64,000 nt of DNA from the human T2T-CHM13v2.0 reference genome, Homo sapiens, in assembly GCF_009914755.1 (NCBI RefSeq), contig NC_060944.1. One strand, written 5' to 3'. Made by a program: the position numbers and the translations under genes. A model generated the notes under the pieces. That model was given only the letters and a program-made list of their open reading frames with translations. It made no database searches and had not been told where the DNA came from. Shown piece after piece: positions 61,321-64,000 of the stretch. Each line of letters begins with the position of its first letter. The first letter of the stretch is position 1.

Positions 61321-61982
61321 TGTACACATGCGAGGGAGGCTGGGACATTTCTGGCAGACCACATGAGAAATTCCAGGGAGTACACATGGGGCGCCTCGGT
61401 GGGAGGGAGACTTACTATTCTTTGAACACATCCTAGGCGTGTGCTATTTTAATAATGATGGTGGATGGGGCAGGGAGGCTGGAGCGGGCTGGGGACTGGT
61501 TGGGCCAGAGCTGATGGGATCCAACCATCCAGAGAACATGGGGAGAGGAGCCAGGACTGGGTTAGGGTGTTGGGCACTGCCACCTTAGAAGGACCTGGTG
61601 CCTGTTAAATGGGAAGTTGGAGAGAGGGTGGAGTGAGGGCACCCCAATGGTGACACACCCATGTTAGGACATCCAGGCCCACATGGACTCCAGGCTGGGG
61701 ACCTCCAGAAAGGGGAGACCAAGAAACACGCCAGGCTGGTCCCCAAGAGCAGGGCCCAAGGTAAGAGCAGCCCCTGGGGTGCAGCGATGCTTCTTCAAAG
61801 GTGATGAGGCAGTGACCCAAGGAAAGTATTGGTGCCACCGGGAGTCTGGAGCTGCGGGCTCCAACTGCGGCATTTGCTGTTGGAAGCTAGGGCCATAAGG
61901 AGAGCATTCAGCCCCCTGTTCCACCCATTCAGCCCCTCTCCTTGGTGGGGAGTTGGGTGGCAATGAAAAATTCACTCTTGAA

Positions 61983-62416
<434 letters not shown>

Positions 62417-62960
62417 AAGGGGTGACGGAGCACCTGTGGGGACCTCCAGGGGGCTGGCCGGTCAGTTGTTGATGCCCCTCTTTAAAGTGGAGGTGCAGCT
62501 CATAGCAGTATGTTTGGATACCATGGGTGGTTCCCAACGCTAGAACACAGCTTTGTAACTGCAAAGTACTGTGCGCAACCCATCCCTTCCCATCCCTGAG
62601 TGATGAAGGGACAGGGTGAGTCCCCTTCACCCAGGGCAGTGGGCTGCAGACCCTGGAATCCTAGACTGTGTGAGCTGTAGGAAACCTTAAAGACCCCTTT
62701 TCTAGCCAACCCCCACATTGCGCAGACAGGGAAACAGGCCCAGAGATTAACAGGGCCCAGCCTCAGATGATGTAGTGAGTTAGGGGCCCGATGAGGACCA
62801 GTCAGCAGCCTCTGTGCCCCAGTTTTCTAAAGTAGGGGTGTAGGGGACAGCGGGAAGCCTGCAGGAGTCCAACAGACCCAGGTTCGTATCCTAGCTCTGC
62901 TACTTACCAGAGGAACTAGAGCCTCAGTTCCCTCATCTTTCAATCAGAAGTAATAATACC

Positions 62961-63165
62961 CTTTGGGAGGTTGAGGTGGGAGGATCACTTGAGGCCAGGA
63001 GTTTGAGACCAGCCAGGGCAACATAGCAAGAACCCTGTCTCTACAAAAAGTGAAAAAATTAGCAGGGTGTTGTGACACATGCCTGTAATCTCAGTTCCTT
63101 GGGAGGCTGAGATGGGGGAACCGCTTGAGGCTGGAGTTTAAGGCTGCAGTGAGCCATGATTGCAT
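62961..63165 (+). mobile_element. AluJ fragment, truncated at both ends
   Basis: ctttgggaggttgaggtgggaggatcacttgaggcc ... gcagtgagccatgattgca. Confidence 0.9.
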
Positions 63166-63522
63166 CAGGGCTGGAGTACAGTTGACCTTCAGTGAATGGT
63201 GTTCCCCTTTAAAATGTGATTCTAAATGGCCATTCACTTCTTCCTGCATTGTTCATCCATTCATTCACCAGGCTTTTATTTAGCACCTGCTGTATACCAG
63301 GCTCTGAGCTGGGCATGTGGTCATGACTCAGAAACGTCTTTGTCCTCAAGGGACTCAGAGTGTGGGAGAGAAGACTCCAGAGTTGCTGGAGGGGTGACTC
63401 AAGCACCATGTAGCCCTGAGAGTCAGAAGAAAGGGCATTTGGGCCCAGCTACTGAGATAAATAGGAGTTCCCTTGGCAATCAAGGAAAGGGAGAACATTC
63501 CAGGCAGAAGATATGGCAACCG

Positions 63523-63860
63523 GCTGTGGTCAGTTGAGGAGCAGGTCAGGGAGGGCCTCTGGAGGAGATGGTGTGTGTGCTGGGCCTTGCTGCAGACCCA
63601 GGGGAGGAGAAGGCCAACCAAGGCAGAGGAAACACACAAACAGCCTGGAGGGAGCGTGTCCTGGGAAGAGTGAATGGCGTGGGCTGGAGATGCTACCGCA
63701 GAAGTAGGCAGGGGCAGGTTGCCAAAGGCCTTGAATGCCAGGGAAGCAGGGCAGCCAGGGGAGGCCCTTTAGTCAAGGAGGATGTGGTTGGAGTCAGGAA
63801 GATGTGGACAGTGGTTAAGAGCATGGTCTCTGGACTTAGGCAGCCTGGGTTCGAATCCCA
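63523..63860 (+). repeat. Local duplicate of 60788-61131, embedded in an L2 fragment (~63245-64000)
   Basis: About 90% identical by manual alignment; includes L2-derived sequence and the first ~55 bp of the MIR. Confidence 0.95.
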
Positions 63861-64000
63861 GCAAAGTCATGGAAGTCTGGGACATCAGAATGTGTTCTCG
63901 GAGCTCCGAAGGGCCCTTTGTCGGGGGCTTCCAGGTGGGAAGCTGGTGAGGAAGGAGACACGGGGATCTGGGCAAGGTCAGACTTAGGGGCCAAGCCAGG

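Overview
Primate (human-like) non-coding genomic DNA, either intergenic or deep intronic. It is GC-rich and dense in old repeats: about 35 Alu elements or fragments (J, S and Y grades, many with visible target-site duplications), many L2 and MIR fragments, several L1M fragments, L3/CR1 remnants, MaLR/ERVL solo LTRs, hAT DNA-transposon relics and a ~2 kb CA-rich complex VNTR at 50.5-52.5 kb. I find no supportable protein-coding exon, RNA gene or CpG island; the ORF track is explained by Alu sequence, simple repeats and chance. Repeat family names come from recalled consensus sequences, and most boundaries are approximate. I cannot name the locus or claim a new biological system. The most interesting signals are: (1) a co-oriented cluster of 3-4 REST/NRSF RE1-like motifs at 38436-38575; (2) five non-tandem local copy-paste duplications (23-340 bp, 0.6-3.3 kb apart), where the three short ones each centre on a small hairpin and several sit inside an older repeat like repair patches; (3) repeated Alu insertion into the same target site; (4) recurrent lesions at one stem-loop position in different Alus; (5) a 24-bp degenerate array rich in nuclear-receptor half-sites.
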